Positions 40,905 to 49,954 of a stretch of 64,000 bases of DNA are shown here, in pieces. This DNA is from an uncultured delta proteobacterium. Its GTDB lineage: Bacteria > Desulfobacterota > Desulfobacteria > Desulfobacterales > JAHEIW01. How positions within the stretch are numbered: position 1 is the stretch's first letter; every line of letters begins with the position of its first letter. A model generated the notes under the pieces. The model saw only the letters and a program-made list of their open reading frames with translations. It was not told the origin of the DNA and searched no databases. The stretch spans positions 640,001 through 704,000 of the forward strand of contig CAVPNL010000006.1 of the NCBI GenBank assembly GCA_963706575.1, written 5' to 3'. Made by a program: the position numbers and the translations under genes.

Positions 40905-41861
40905 ATGCCTGACGAAACCCAAACTAAGCGTTTTATATATCCGACCCAGGGCGTTTGCCCCCCTGAGATTCATTTTAAACTCGATAACGGCATTCTTGAG
41001 GAAATCCGTTTTGTGGGGGGTGGCTGTCCGGGTAACGCTCAGCTGGTGGCGCGTCTTTTAGAAGGAAAGCCGCTGGCAGAGGCCCTGGAATACCTCGTCG
41101 GAATTGATTGCCGCAATGGAACCTCCTGCCCCGCTCAGCTGGCTGCTGCCGTTACCGCCGCTAAAAATGGCAACCTGACGCCCGCCGAATCTTTTCGGGT
41201 TCATGCTGACACTTCCAACAGATGCCGGATCGGCCTTATCAGTTCCATCGAAGGCAATTCCGTTATTTTGCAAAAACTCATGCAACACATGCAAGCCAGT
41301 GGAATAGACGCCTGCTATTGCCTCGGCAGCCTGACGGGGGATTGTGCTCATAACAAAGATTTGATTCAGAATATACGGAAACACAACATTTTTGCGATTC
41401 AGGGGGAAGGCGACTGGTGCTATGCCCAGGGTCAAGAAAAAAAGAACATGCCGCCACTCGAACAAAAGGACAGGGATTGGCTGTTGCGCTTGCCTCAGGT
41501 ACTGAGTTTTCAAATGGAACATAAAAAAGGATTTGTCTTTTTCGGCGATTATATTCAGTCACTTCCTGATTATTCTGACTTTGAACCCTTTGCCCTGGAA
41601 ATGAATATGGTGTGCGGGTTGACCCATTTCATGCAGGATGAAACCGTTTTTCCGGCCCTGGAGGCCATGATACCCCAATTTCGAGCCGATATTATTATTT
41701 TTGGCCAGCTCAAACGCTGGGGTCATTGGCATATTGCCGGCAAGGATTTCATCAGTCTCGGGCCTGCATCGGACGCAAAGGGGCTATCCTGGGGTCAGCT
41801 GGAAGTGGCTGATGAAAAGATCGAATTTAAGATCATGCAGGCTGAATACGAAGGAGGATGA
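40905..41861 (+). CDS. TSCPD-type 4-Cys domain fused to a degenerate metallophosphoesterase-like domain
   Basis: GVCPPEI, GGGCPGN, CRNGTSCPAQL; then IGLISSIEGN, CLGSL, IQGEGD, WLLRLP. Confidence 0.75.
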   Translation: MPDETQTKRFIYPTQGVCPPEIHFKLDNGILEEIRFVGGGCPGNAQLVARLLEGKPLAEALEYLVGIDCRNGTSCPAQLAAAVTAAKNGNLTPAESFRVHADTSNRCRIGLISSIEGNSVILQKLMQHMQASGIDACYCLGSLTGDCAHNKDLIQNIRKHNIFAIQGEGDWCYAQGQEKKNMPPLEQKDRDWLLRLPQVLSFQMEHKKGFVFFGDYIQSLPDYSDFEPFALEMNMVCGLTHFMQDETVFPALEAMIPQFRADIIIFGQLKRWGHWHIAGKDFISLGPASDAKGLSWGQLEVADEKIEFKIMQAEYEGG

Positions 41862-41862
41862 T

Positions 41863-42159
41863 TTGACCCAACCCGTTTTGGTGGATGTGCTTTTGACTGA
41901 TTTTCGGCAATGAGTTGCCTGCGTCTATATGGCGGAGTCGGTAAAGGTTTTACCGCAAGACATCCAGGAAATTATCGAAGTGCATGAATGGGATATGCGC
42001 ACCCGAGAAGGGGTGGTGCGCTTTCGGGAACTGAAGGCCAAGTCCCTGCCCAGCGTTGCTTTAGACGGCGACCTGGTTTATGAATCCCTTATCCCCATGC
42101 AGGAAGAACTCATCGACGAAATCCGCAGACGTTATAAGGAAAAGAATCAGAATGAATAA
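41863..42159 (+). CDS. Probable selenoprotein, thioredoxin-like fold, U17xxC20 (98 aa)
   Basis: RBS AAGGAGG (41851) + TTG start; in-frame TGA 41911-41913; ungapped alignment to 61258-61659 places U on Cys17; downstream hairpin. Confidence 0.88.
41934..41965 (+). promoter_or_regulatory. SECIS-like hairpin
   Basis: CGGTAAA-GGT-TTTACCG (41939-41955), extendable by GGA/TCC and GT(C)/(G)AC pairing; loop starts 32 nt after UGA. Confidence 0.7.
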
Positions 42160-43141
42160 TATCTATCTGGAAGATGTTAACATTGAAGGCTTTAAATCCT
42201 TTTCAGAAGAAACCAACATGAGCTTTCAGCCCGGCATCGGCGTTATTATTGGAAATAACGGCGTCGGAAAATCGAATATCCTGGATGCGATTGTCTGGGC
42301 GCTGGGCGAAAATGATCTGGACCGCATCCGTTGTTATGAAAAAGAAGAGTTGTTTTTTGCCGGCAGCAAAGACTATCCGCCGGCACCCAAAATTCGGGTG
42401 GAGTTGATGCTAAAGCAGGGAGAAGAAAAAGACGCACCCGGCATCCAATTGGCCCGTGAGAGAAACAAAAATGGGGACGATCAATACTGGATTGATAAAA
42501 CCAGCTATGCACGCCAAGCCTATCGTGAAAAATTAGATGCCTATAATCTCAGGCATTGTCTGGCAACCATCATCCGGCAGGAACAAATTAATGACATGAT
42601 TCAGCTCGATCCCTGGCAGCGGTTTGACGGCATCCGGCAAGTGCTGGGCCTTGATTCCGAAGAAGAAACCGTTGGATGCCTCAAAGATATCATTGGTCCC
42701 TTATTTCAGCGCTATATGTCTTATCTGATACCGCTTGGTGACGTCGAGCTGGATGTGATTTCAAAAGATGGGCACAGGGGATTGGAGATCGAAGTCAACC
42801 TTCCGGGCAATCGCCTGCGCAGGGCCCATCAATTGTCCGGCGGCGAAAAATCCATTACCAGTCTGGCGCTGAAGCTGGCGATTTTCCACCAACTTGAAAG
42901 CCCTTTTTTTCTGCTGGATGAAGTGGAGCCCTCCCTGGACTATACCAACCACAAGTCGATGCAGACCTTTCTCAAAGACGTGGCCGACAGCAAACAGCTG
43001 ATCATGATTACTCACCTTAGAAGCACCATCGCTCTGGCCAATACGGTGCACGGCGTGAGAACCCGCTGGGATGGATCTTCGTTCATGAAATTTTATTTTG
43101 TGATGGACGAGCGTTTGTTGAGGCTTTATAAGTGCTGCTAA
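42152..43141 (+). CDS. SMC-family ATPase head without coiled coils or hinge (329 aa), C-terminal CC
   Basis: IEGFKSF, GNNGVGKSNILDAI.W.LG, IIRQEQI, LSGGEKS, FLLDEVE, IMITH. Confidence 0.85.
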   Translation: MNNIYLEDVNIEGFKSFSEETNMSFQPGIGVIIGNNGVGKSNILDAIVWALGENDLDRIRCYEKEELFFAGSKDYPPAPKIRVELMLKQGEEKDAPGIQLARERNKNGDDQYWIDKTSYARQAYREKLDAYNLRHCLATIIRQEQINDMIQLDPWQRFDGIRQVLGLDSEEETVGCLKDIIGPLFQRYMSYLIPLGDVELDVISKDGHRGLEIEVNLPGNRLRRAHQLSGGEKSITSLALKLAIFHQLESPFFLLDEVEPSLDYTNHKSMQTFLKDVADSKQLIMITHLRSTIALANTVHGVRTRWDGSSFMKFYFVMDERLLRLYKCC

Positions 43142-43142
43142 A

Positions 43143-43886
43143 ATGATTGCGATCAGCGACCTCGATACGGCTATCCATAAGGCCAGGCCTATGCTGGAAA
43201 GCCTGCAGCGCTTATATCAGCGCTTGCCGCAGACCGGCTGCCAATGTGAGCAACCGGGTGTATGCTGTGCATTTTTGCCGGAAATGACATGGATGGAAGC
43301 CGTCCAATGGGCCGGGCTCATCCAGGCAATGCCTGCCGGTGACCGCACGAAGATTCTGCAAAAGTTTTTGGAATTTTATCTGACAAATCCCATTCGTCCT
43401 GCCGGATGTCCTTTCCTGGAAGATGGCGCCTGCACTATTTATGAATTGCGCCCTTTTGCCTGCCGCGCCTATGGTCTGTGGAGCCCCGAATTCGGTAAAG
43501 TCAGAACCCAAAAAAGCCGGCAGGATCGAAAAGCGTTGCTGCAAATGTGGCAAAAATTCGGGCTGGAGCTTCCCCCGCAGACGGTGGAATCTGAAATCGA
43601 TTATTGTGATCGGGTTCGTTGCGCAGCTGAAAAATCGATGTCTGACAGTCAACTCATGGATATCTTGCAGCAGATATATGAACTCGATCAAGCCTTAGCG
43701 GAGCTGCAAACCAGATTTGAAGCTGAATATCATTCCGACTTTAGTTTTTTGATTGCGTCCCTGGCTCTGGGCTATCGCAAAGCAGTCCTCGGGAAATTTG
43801 CCGTTATCAAGGAAATGGTTCAGCAGGGAACCACAGAGCGGCTTGAGCAAATGCTGGGCAAGGCAACTGCAGAGGTGCTTGGTTAA
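43143..43886 (+). CDS. YkgJ-like (CxxCxxCC) cysteine cluster protein
   Basis: GCQCEQPGVCC, CPFLEDGACTIYELRPFACRAYG. Confidence 0.85.
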   Translation: MIAISDLDTAIHKARPMLESLQRLYQRLPQTGCQCEQPGVCCAFLPEMTWMEAVQWAGLIQAMPAGDRTKILQKFLEFYLTNPIRPAGCPFLEDGACTIYELRPFACRAYGLWSPEFGKVRTQKSRQDRKALLQMWQKFGLELPPQTVESEIDYCDRVRCAAEKSMSDSQLMDILQQIYELDQALAELQTRFEAEYHSDFSFLIASLALGYRKAVLGKFAVIKEMVQQGTTERLEQMLGKATAEVLG

Positions 43887-43948
43887 TTTTGGGTTTCGGG
43901 TGCCAGGTGTCAGGTGTCAGTAAACAGAGGACAGGCAATAAATGGGAA

Positions 43949-44035
43949 GTAGGGTCGACCCCCGACTGCCGCGGCGAAGCCCCGAGCGAAGACGGGTGCC
44001 GACCGCAGAACGGCGGGCACAGAGGCCCGCCCTAC
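43949..44035. repeat. GTAG/CTAC-type REP-like palindrome with nested GCGAAG element
   Basis: GTAGGGTCG...GGCGGGCACAGAGGCCCGCCCTAC. Confidence 0.7.
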
Positions 44036-44101
44036 ATCTGAATGCTGACACCTGAAACCACAGTTATTACGACTTTTGTAACTTTTTTGTGCGACACAGT
44101 A

Positions 44102-45112
44102 TTAAGAAGTTTCAACTATGCAGCGGTTTAATTCTTTGAGCGTTTCATCCGCATTTATTTTCCATCCGATAAAGGCCAGCCGGGTTTCAGCTTCACCTTC
44201 CCATGGGGACCATTCGCTTTTGCCGCCGACAAAATTGAGCATTTCCAAGCGATCCACAAAACGAACCGGGCCTTTAATTCGAAATAATTCCCAGGGTAAA
44301 TTGGTGATAAATTTTTTAAAGCAAGCCTCGTCGAAAATTCTTGAATCATGGAAAGAAAATGTCACAAAGTTAATAGACTTAGCCGGATGGCTGTCGTGTT
44401 CTTCGGGAGAATGATGATGGTCGCTTGAATCAGGTTTGGCGTTTAAAGCCGCAGGCTGGAAAAATTGAATCGGCTTTAATCCAAATATTTTTGGTTGAGC
44501 CTGTGCCCAAAGGGTTTCCGGATCGATTCCGCAGTGAATTGTTGGCACCACCTGGCAGTCGGGTATGACGTCATGGATTTCGGCAAGAAACTGCGGAATT
44601 TTTTCTGCGGCCATTAAATCAATTTTATTTAAAAGGATTAAATTGGCCATTTCAAGCTGGTTGTAAAAAAGCTGTCCGAATACTTCGCGCGCCCCCCAGA
44701 TATCTGCCTCCAACACCGTAATAATTTTTTTAAGTTGCATGTGTTGACCGATCTGCGGATCCTGCAAAACCGTTGTAATCGATTTGGGGTCGGCTACGCC
44801 TGAGGCTTCTATTAAAATACGGCGGGGTTTGAATCGCTTCCAGATGCGCGTCAGCGATTGATGCAAGTCGGCGCTGAGCGTGCAGCAGATGCATCCACTG
44901 GTCAGCTCGATCACGTCAGAACCGCTATCTTTAAGCAAGGCACCATCGATGCCGATGTCGCCAAACTCATTGACCAGGACAACTGTTTCGGAGAGGTCGG
45001 CTTGCCAGGAAAGAATTCTTTTGAGCAGGGTGGTTTTACCCGCCCCCAAAAAGCCCGACAAAAGTAAAATGTCGGCTTTATATTCCGGCTGATTGCCAAG
45101 TGGTGCGCTCAT
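44102..45112 (-). CDS. CobW/COG0523 G3E GTPase metallochaperone
   Basis: GFLGAGKTT, NEFGDIGID, GCICC, IEASGVA, NKID, RIKG, His-rich linker. Confidence 0.92.
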   Translation of the reverse strand: MSAPLGNQPEYKADILLLSGFLGAGKTTLLKRILSWQADLSETVVLVNEFGDIGIDGALLKDSGSDVIELTSGCICCTLSADLHQSLTRIWKRFKPRRILIEASGVADPKSITTVLQDPQIGQHMQLKKIITVLEADIWGAREVFGQLFYNQLEMANLILLNKIDLMAAEKIPQFLAEIHDVIPDCQVVPTIHCGIDPETLWAQAQPKIFGLKPIQFFQPAALNAKPDSSDHHHSPEEHDSHPAKSINFVTFSFHDSRIFDEACFKKFITNLPWELFRIKGPVRFVDRLEMLNFVGGKSEWSPWEGEAETRLAFIGWKINADETLKELNRCIVETS

Positions 45113-45163
45113 TGAACTTTTCCTCCGAATTGACCCGGATCAAAATAACCGGGGTGGATGAAT

Positions 45164-47122
45164 CTACACGGCGATGGTTGCCACCTGGTAACAGCGCAAG
45201 CAGCGCTCGGCTTCGGCCACGGCTTGCTGGGCGGATAGGCCCTGCTCGACTTCATCAAAGGTTGATTTTCGCGTGTCCGGTGGGAGTATGTCCGGCTGGA
45301 AGCGCGGTTTGCTCTCGACCTTGAGGATTTCCTCGTCCGGGTCATAGACTTTTACGGTTTCGAAAAGCTTATCAAAATAGTGGTCGTCATCATAATCAAG
45401 GGACTGCGTATTAATTAAGCGATCGATGCTGTGAGCCGCCCGGCGGCCGCCGGCGCAGGCGGTAATCAAGGCATCCGGTCCGGTTTCGCAGTCACCGGCA
45501 ACAAAGATTTTTGGGCGGCGGCTCTGCTTGGTGTATTCGTCAACGACAATGGTATTCCATTGGGTTGTTTGAACATCATCCATTCCGGCAAGCAGTGAAA
45601 GATCGACCTGCTGCCCAATAGCTGAAACGATGGTATCGCAGTCAAAAACAAATTCCGAACCCTCAACCGGCACCGGTCGCGGTCTACCGCTGGCATCCGG
45701 TTCACCCAGTTCCATTTTGATGCATTCAAGGCCGACCACCTTACCCGCTTCAGCCAGGATCCGTACCGGCGCCGTCAGGAAGTGGAACTGCACCTGTTCT
45801 TCTTCGGCATCGTGAATTTCGGCCTCATCGGCCGGCATTTCGTTGCGGGTCCTGCGGTAAACCAGGTGAATATCTTCTTTCTCGGTGCGCAAGGAACAGC
45901 GAACACAGTCAATGGCAACATTTCCGCCGCCGATAACCACGACTTTTTTGCCCTGCGGATACGGATCACGGCCGGCGTTCACCTCTCGCAGGTACGCAAG
46001 CCCCGGGATAAATCCCTGATATTCTTGGCCTTCTCCTTCGATACCGATTTTGGTGCTGTCCTGCGCACCCATACCGATAAAAACCGCATCGAATTCATTT
46101 TCTAGTTGAGAGAGCGTCAGATCATTTCCGATGGTTTGACCGTAGTTGATGGAAACGCCCATTTTCTGAATTTGCTGCACCTCACCCTGCAGGATATTAC
46201 GGGGCAGCCGGTAGTCGGGAATCCCCACGGCGGACATACCGCCCGGTCGATCCAGGGCCTCATAGATCGTTACCTCATGGCCTTTGCGGGCCAGGTGATA
46301 GGCACAGGTAATGCCGGCGGGTCCGGCACCGACAATGGCCACTTTCCCGGTATTTTCGGAAGGCGTGATTTCGTATTCGGGCTCCTTTTGCTCGGCGAGC
46401 TCATGATCCGCCACAAAGCGCTTGAGCGCTTTTATCGAAATGGGTTCATCTAAATTGCCGCGCCGGCAATGTTTTTCACAGGGCCTGAAACAGACACGAC
46501 CCACGATACCCGCTATGGGCAGACGTTCGCGAATGACCGTGAGAGACTCTGCAAATTTGGCGTCTTTGATCAACTCAACGTATTTGGGAATATCGAGGTG
46601 AATCGGGCAGGCGTCCAAACAGGGAGCGGTCAGTTTTGAATAATAGGTTCCCTTTGTCATCTGTTTCTCGCCGCTGACGGCCTGTGAAAAATCATCGCCA
46701 AAATATTTGAGGGCATGAAATAGTGGTGCCGGTCCGGATTTGCCGATGCTGCATTTTGCATTGCTAACGATTGCTTCAGCAGCCGACTGCATAAATTCCA
46801 GGTCTTCTTCGGTCGCTTCGCCGTTGGCGATATCCTCAAAGACCTCGAGCATCTCCTCCCAGCCCGTTTTGCAGTAATTACATTTATCACAGGTTTTTGA
46901 ATGCGCCAAAACGGCCTCAAAATAGGCCCGGCAAAGATCGATGATATCCACATCAGGTGATCGCAGTACAATTCCTTTCCAGCCCATCAATGCTTTGATC
47001 TTTTCGTCCTGCTTGAAATATTCAGGCAAATCCAGATCTTTGATTGATGCCTGGTTTTGCGCTTCATCGCCGCGGTTTTCAATAATTTCTCCGCCCCATG
47101 AACTGAAAATTATGTCCGTCAT
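45164..47122 (-). CDS. Fe-S/FAD NAD(P)-dependent oxidoreductase (NuoF C-terminal-like + GltD/NfnA-like)
   Basis: CDKCNYC..C; APCLDACP, GRVCFRPCEKHC; VGAGPAG, IGGGNVAID, EAERCLRC; RBS GGAGG before MTDIIFSSWGG. Confidence 0.88.
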   Translation of the reverse strand: MTDIIFSSWGGEIIENRGDEAQNQASIKDLDLPEYFKQDEKIKALMGWKGIVLRSPDVDIIDLCRAYFEAVLAHSKTCDKCNYCKTGWEEMLEVFEDIANGEATEEDLEFMQSAAEAIVSNAKCSIGKSGPAPLFHALKYFGDDFSQAVSGEKQMTKGTYYSKLTAPCLDACPIHLDIPKYVELIKDAKFAESLTVIRERLPIAGIVGRVCFRPCEKHCRRGNLDEPISIKALKRFVADHELAEQKEPEYEITPSENTGKVAIVGAGPAGITCAYHLARKGHEVTIYEALDRPGGMSAVGIPDYRLPRNILQGEVQQIQKMGVSINYGQTIGNDLTLSQLENEFDAVFIGMGAQDSTKIGIEGEGQEYQGFIPGLAYLREVNAGRDPYPQGKKVVVIGGGNVAIDCVRCSLRTEKEDIHLVYRRTRNEMPADEAEIHDAEEEQVQFHFLTAPVRILAEAGKVVGLECIKMELGEPDASGRPRPVPVEGSEFVFDCDTIVSAIGQQVDLSLLAGMDDVQTTQWNTIVVDEYTKQSRRPKIFVAGDCETGPDALITACAGGRRAAHSIDRLINTQSLDYDDDHYFDKLFETVKVYDPDEEILKVESKPRFQPDILPPDTRKSTFDEVEQGLSAQQAVAEAERCLRCYQVATIAV

Positions 47123-47241
47123 GCTATCGCCTCCATACCTTAATAATGCACTCAATTTTCCGATCAAATTTTTCTCATACCGTATAACCGATGTCAATGC
47201 ATTCGATTTTATTGTTTATAAAATCATCTATATTCATTCTA

Positions 47242-47264
47242 AAAATCATCTTTTAGACGATATA
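47242..47264 (+). promoter_or_regulatory. Shared operator copy 2 (half-site at 47220)
   Basis: AAAATCATCT-TTT-AGACGATATA; AAAATCATCT 22 bp upstream. Confidence 0.75.
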
Positions 47265-47450
47265 AAAAAGAGGAAGTTTTGATAATAGATAATTGAGACT
47301 TTTTCACCCTGCAAGGTTTTTGAGTTAAGTCGGGAGGATGACCCCCATGGCATATTCCTGCGCGTAATGCGCTTTAATATGTTAAACCGCGACAGGGCCC
47401 TCTGGGTGGTTTGGGGAAATTATTTTTTTAAAGACCAAAGGAGGTAGGCT

Positions 47451-48434
47451 ATGCAACGTTTTAGTAATGAGCCAAAGGTTTATGACGTCGGTGGCGTGAA
47501 ACTCGGCGGTCAGCCGGGCGATTATCCCACAGTCTGCTGCTTCTCCATCTTTCAGGAAAGCGACAAGTTGTTTGACAAGGGCAGCCGCAGAAAAGGGTTC
47601 AATGAAGCGCGAGCAGAAGAATTGCTGAAAGGGGCAGAAAAACTGTGGAAGGAAACGGGCGTGCCCGTTATGGCCGACATTGTCGCCAGCCCGGGCGAAA
47701 AATTCAAAAAATATGTGGATTTTGTCACCTCGGTCAGCGACATGCCCTTTTGCGTTGACGCCATTATGATGCCGGCCAAATTGGAGGGCGCGGCCTATTG
47801 TGCCGAACAGGGTTTGCTGGACCGAATGTTCTATAACAGTATTACCGTCTGGGAGGAAGACTTAGAAACGGAAGTTAAGGAATTGGCACAAATTGGCGTC
47901 AAGCATGTGCTGCTGGTTGCCTTTGATCAGGATGATCAGACACCCAATGGCAGGATTACCGGCGCCCAAAAACTGCTGGATGCCATCGAAAAGGCCGGCG
48001 CCGAATTTGAAAGTATTATTGTCGATACTACCACCCTCAACGCGCCCGCCAATGCGTTGTGCGGGCTGTCGAATCAGTTAATAAAGGAAAAATGGGGCTT
48101 TGCAACCGCCAGTGCGCCCAGCAACGGTTCTTACATGGAATTGCAGCGCTTTAAGGATATGTTTGGATTTAAAGGTTGGGCCGGGTTTGATGCCGCGGTG
48201 GAAGCCCTTTCGGCGTTTTATTACAATGATTTAATTTTCACCGGGCCCATGGCAGGTGCGCCGCGGGTCGTAACCGCAGTTGCGGCGGCCGATGCGTTTT
48301 TAGCCACGTCGGTTTTTAATGAAACCAAAGAGCTGCCCAAAGATCCCAACCACCCATTGCTCAAGCTATTTCCGGAGTTTGCCGAACAGCTCAAGGTGGC
48401 CTGGGATAAGCCCAGTGACCTTGAAAAAATGTAG
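47451..48434 (+). CDS. MtrH-like methylcorrinoid:pterin (probably THF) methyltransferase
   Basis: MQRFSNEPKVYDVGGVKLGGQPGDYPTV, PFCVD, YNSI, IVD, KEKWG...APSN, HPL. Confidence 0.88.
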   Translation: MQRFSNEPKVYDVGGVKLGGQPGDYPTVCCFSIFQESDKLFDKGSRRKGFNEARAEELLKGAEKLWKETGVPVMADIVASPGEKFKKYVDFVTSVSDMPFCVDAIMMPAKLEGAAYCAEQGLLDRMFYNSITVWEEDLETEVKELAQIGVKHVLLVAFDQDDQTPNGRITGAQKLLDAIEKAGAEFESIIVDTTTLNAPANALCGLSNQLIKEKWGFATASAPSNGSYMELQRFKDMFGFKGWAGFDAAVEALSAFYYNDLIFTGPMAGAPRVVTAVAAADAFLATSVFNETKELPKDPNHPLLKLFPEFAEQLKVAWDKPSDLEKM

Positions 48435-48491
48435 CCGTATGGAATATGGAATGATGCGTTTGTAATCTTCAGTTGCATGCCTTTTTGAGTC

Positions 48492-48523
48492 GGGCGAGGA
48501 TTGCTTGAGATCCTCGCCCTTTT
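48492..48523 (+). terminator. Rho-independent terminator
   Basis: GGGCGAGGAT-N8-ATCCTCGCCC-TTTT. Confidence 0.75.
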
Positions 48524-48826
48524 CAACCCCATCGTTATGTCGCCTCCGTGCGCTCCCCGGAGATCCTTCCACTCAAAAAACAATTTGTTCCCGCCGGCAG
48601 ATCTCTATCTGTAAGCTGCCGCGCATATTCATTTATCGGATGCGGGGGCAGCGGATCTTATATTTGAATCAAAATCGGCTTGCTGATTGACATTATCAGT
48701 GTTAATAAGGATTTGGCGTGAGCCAGCGCCTTTTGCAATGATGCGTGAACCTGAAGGAAGGCCCTGCCTAAAATCGGGCCGGCATAAAATTATGCGACAT
48801 TTCGTTATCCGTCATCCAGGTGGGAA

Positions 48827-49351
48827 ATGACTATTTTTGACTGGCAAAGTGAACTCAACCGGGACGGGCACCGGGTTGTGATCTCGGGACAGCCCATTGC
48901 CATGCACTGCCATCATTATAATATCAATTTGCAGAAAACGCTGGAGGAGACCCTGGGCGCGGAAGGCATCGAGCTTTTGTACCGTTCGGCTGAGGAAACC
49001 AATTATAATAGTTTGCAGCACCTCTTCAACCAATATAAAAAAATCAGAACCCTAAAATCGAAGCTGGAAATGGCCTCCCTGCTCTTTCAGAATTGCGGTT
49101 TGGGGATAATCCATTTCAGGAAGGTCAGACCCCATGCGGCTTATATTGCGAGCACCTCCAGCCATCATGTCACCGGGTGGCTCGCAAAACACGGGCGACG
49201 CGAAACACCCGGCTGTCACTTTACCCGGGGCTGGATTGCCGGTGCGCTGGAGGTGATTTACCAGCGTCCCCTTGGTTTTTATATCGTGGAGGAACGGCGG
49301 TGCAAAATGCAGCGGGATGAGGAGTGTGTCTTTCATGTCAAGGAGCGTTAA
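48827..49351 (+). CDS. V4R domain protein
   Basis: HCHHYN; GCHFTRGWIAG; EERRCKMQRDEECVF. Confidence 0.82.
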   Translation: MTIFDWQSELNRDGHRVVISGQPIAMHCHHYNINLQKTLEETLGAEGIELLYRSAEETNYNSLQHLFNQYKKIRTLKSKLEMASLLFQNCGLGIIHFRKVRPHAAYIASTSSHHVTGWLAKHGRRETPGCHFTRGWIAGALEVIYQRPLGFYIVEERRCKMQRDEECVFHVKER

Positions 49352-49954
49352 GTGGCAATTGATGTAAGCAAGATTATCCATGCGGTCATGGAAGGCAGCA
49401 AGATAAGGGAATCAAAGGGGATCATCCCCCTTTTCGGGGTCTATCTCTCGTTATTTTCGGTGAACTATTACAACCGGTTGAGCTTTGACTTTGAAATCAA
49501 AATGGGCAAACAGCGTGAGGCTGAAGCCAAGGCCCTTTTGATTGAAGCGGCCCAGGAGTGCGGTTATGCCACTTTTCAAGGCATTCGCGATTCCTGGGAG
49601 TGGCAGCAGGTTGTCGCCCCCATGGTTGAAAACAAAAAAGATCAGATTTTCGGTTTTGTGGCCGTGGCCGTGGCTTTTGGCTGGGGAGACCTGACCGTCG
49701 CGGAACTTGTTCCGGATGAAAAACTTGTGATCCTCGCCAGCGATTCCTATGAGGCCAACGGCTACCTGGAGCAATACGGTGCTGCAAAATCGGAAAAATG
49801 CTATATGCTGCGCGGGGTAACGGCTGCCTTCATGGACCTGGTTTACGGCGGCGATTATCCGGATGGCTGTTTTACCTTCGCAGCTCAAGAGCCGCGTTGC
49901 CGGGTAAAAGGAGACCCGTATTGTGAGTTTATTGCTCGAAGATCATCTGATTGA
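49352..49954 (+). CDS. V4R domain protein
   Basis: FGWG; CYMLRGVTAA; EPRCRVKGDPYCEF. Confidence 0.82.
   Translation: MAIDVSKIIHAVMEGSKIRESKGIIPLFGVYLSLFSVNYYNRLSFDFEIKMGKQREAEAKALLIEAAQECGYATFQGIRDSWEWQQVVAPMVENKKDQIFGFVAVAVAFGWGDLTVAELVPDEKLVILASDSYEANGYLEQYGAAKSEKCYMLRGVTAAFMDLVYGGDYPDGCFTFAAQEPRCRVKGDPYCEFIARRSSD

Noticed and set aside
41929..42159. 76-aa ORF-track protein starting MAESVK
   Set aside because: Internal Met; the RBS, paralogue alignment and hairpin support the longer Sec-containing gene from 41863.
42152..43141. Housekeeping smc/recF/sbcC or a Wadjet-type defence gene
   Set aside because: Too short, lacks hinge and coils, and no cognate partner genes are adjacent.
47265..48826. 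Cobalamin riboswitch in leaders of the B12-related genes
   Set aside because: No B12-box or GCCACTG core recognised by eye in these or other intergenic regions; an Rfam scan would be decisive.
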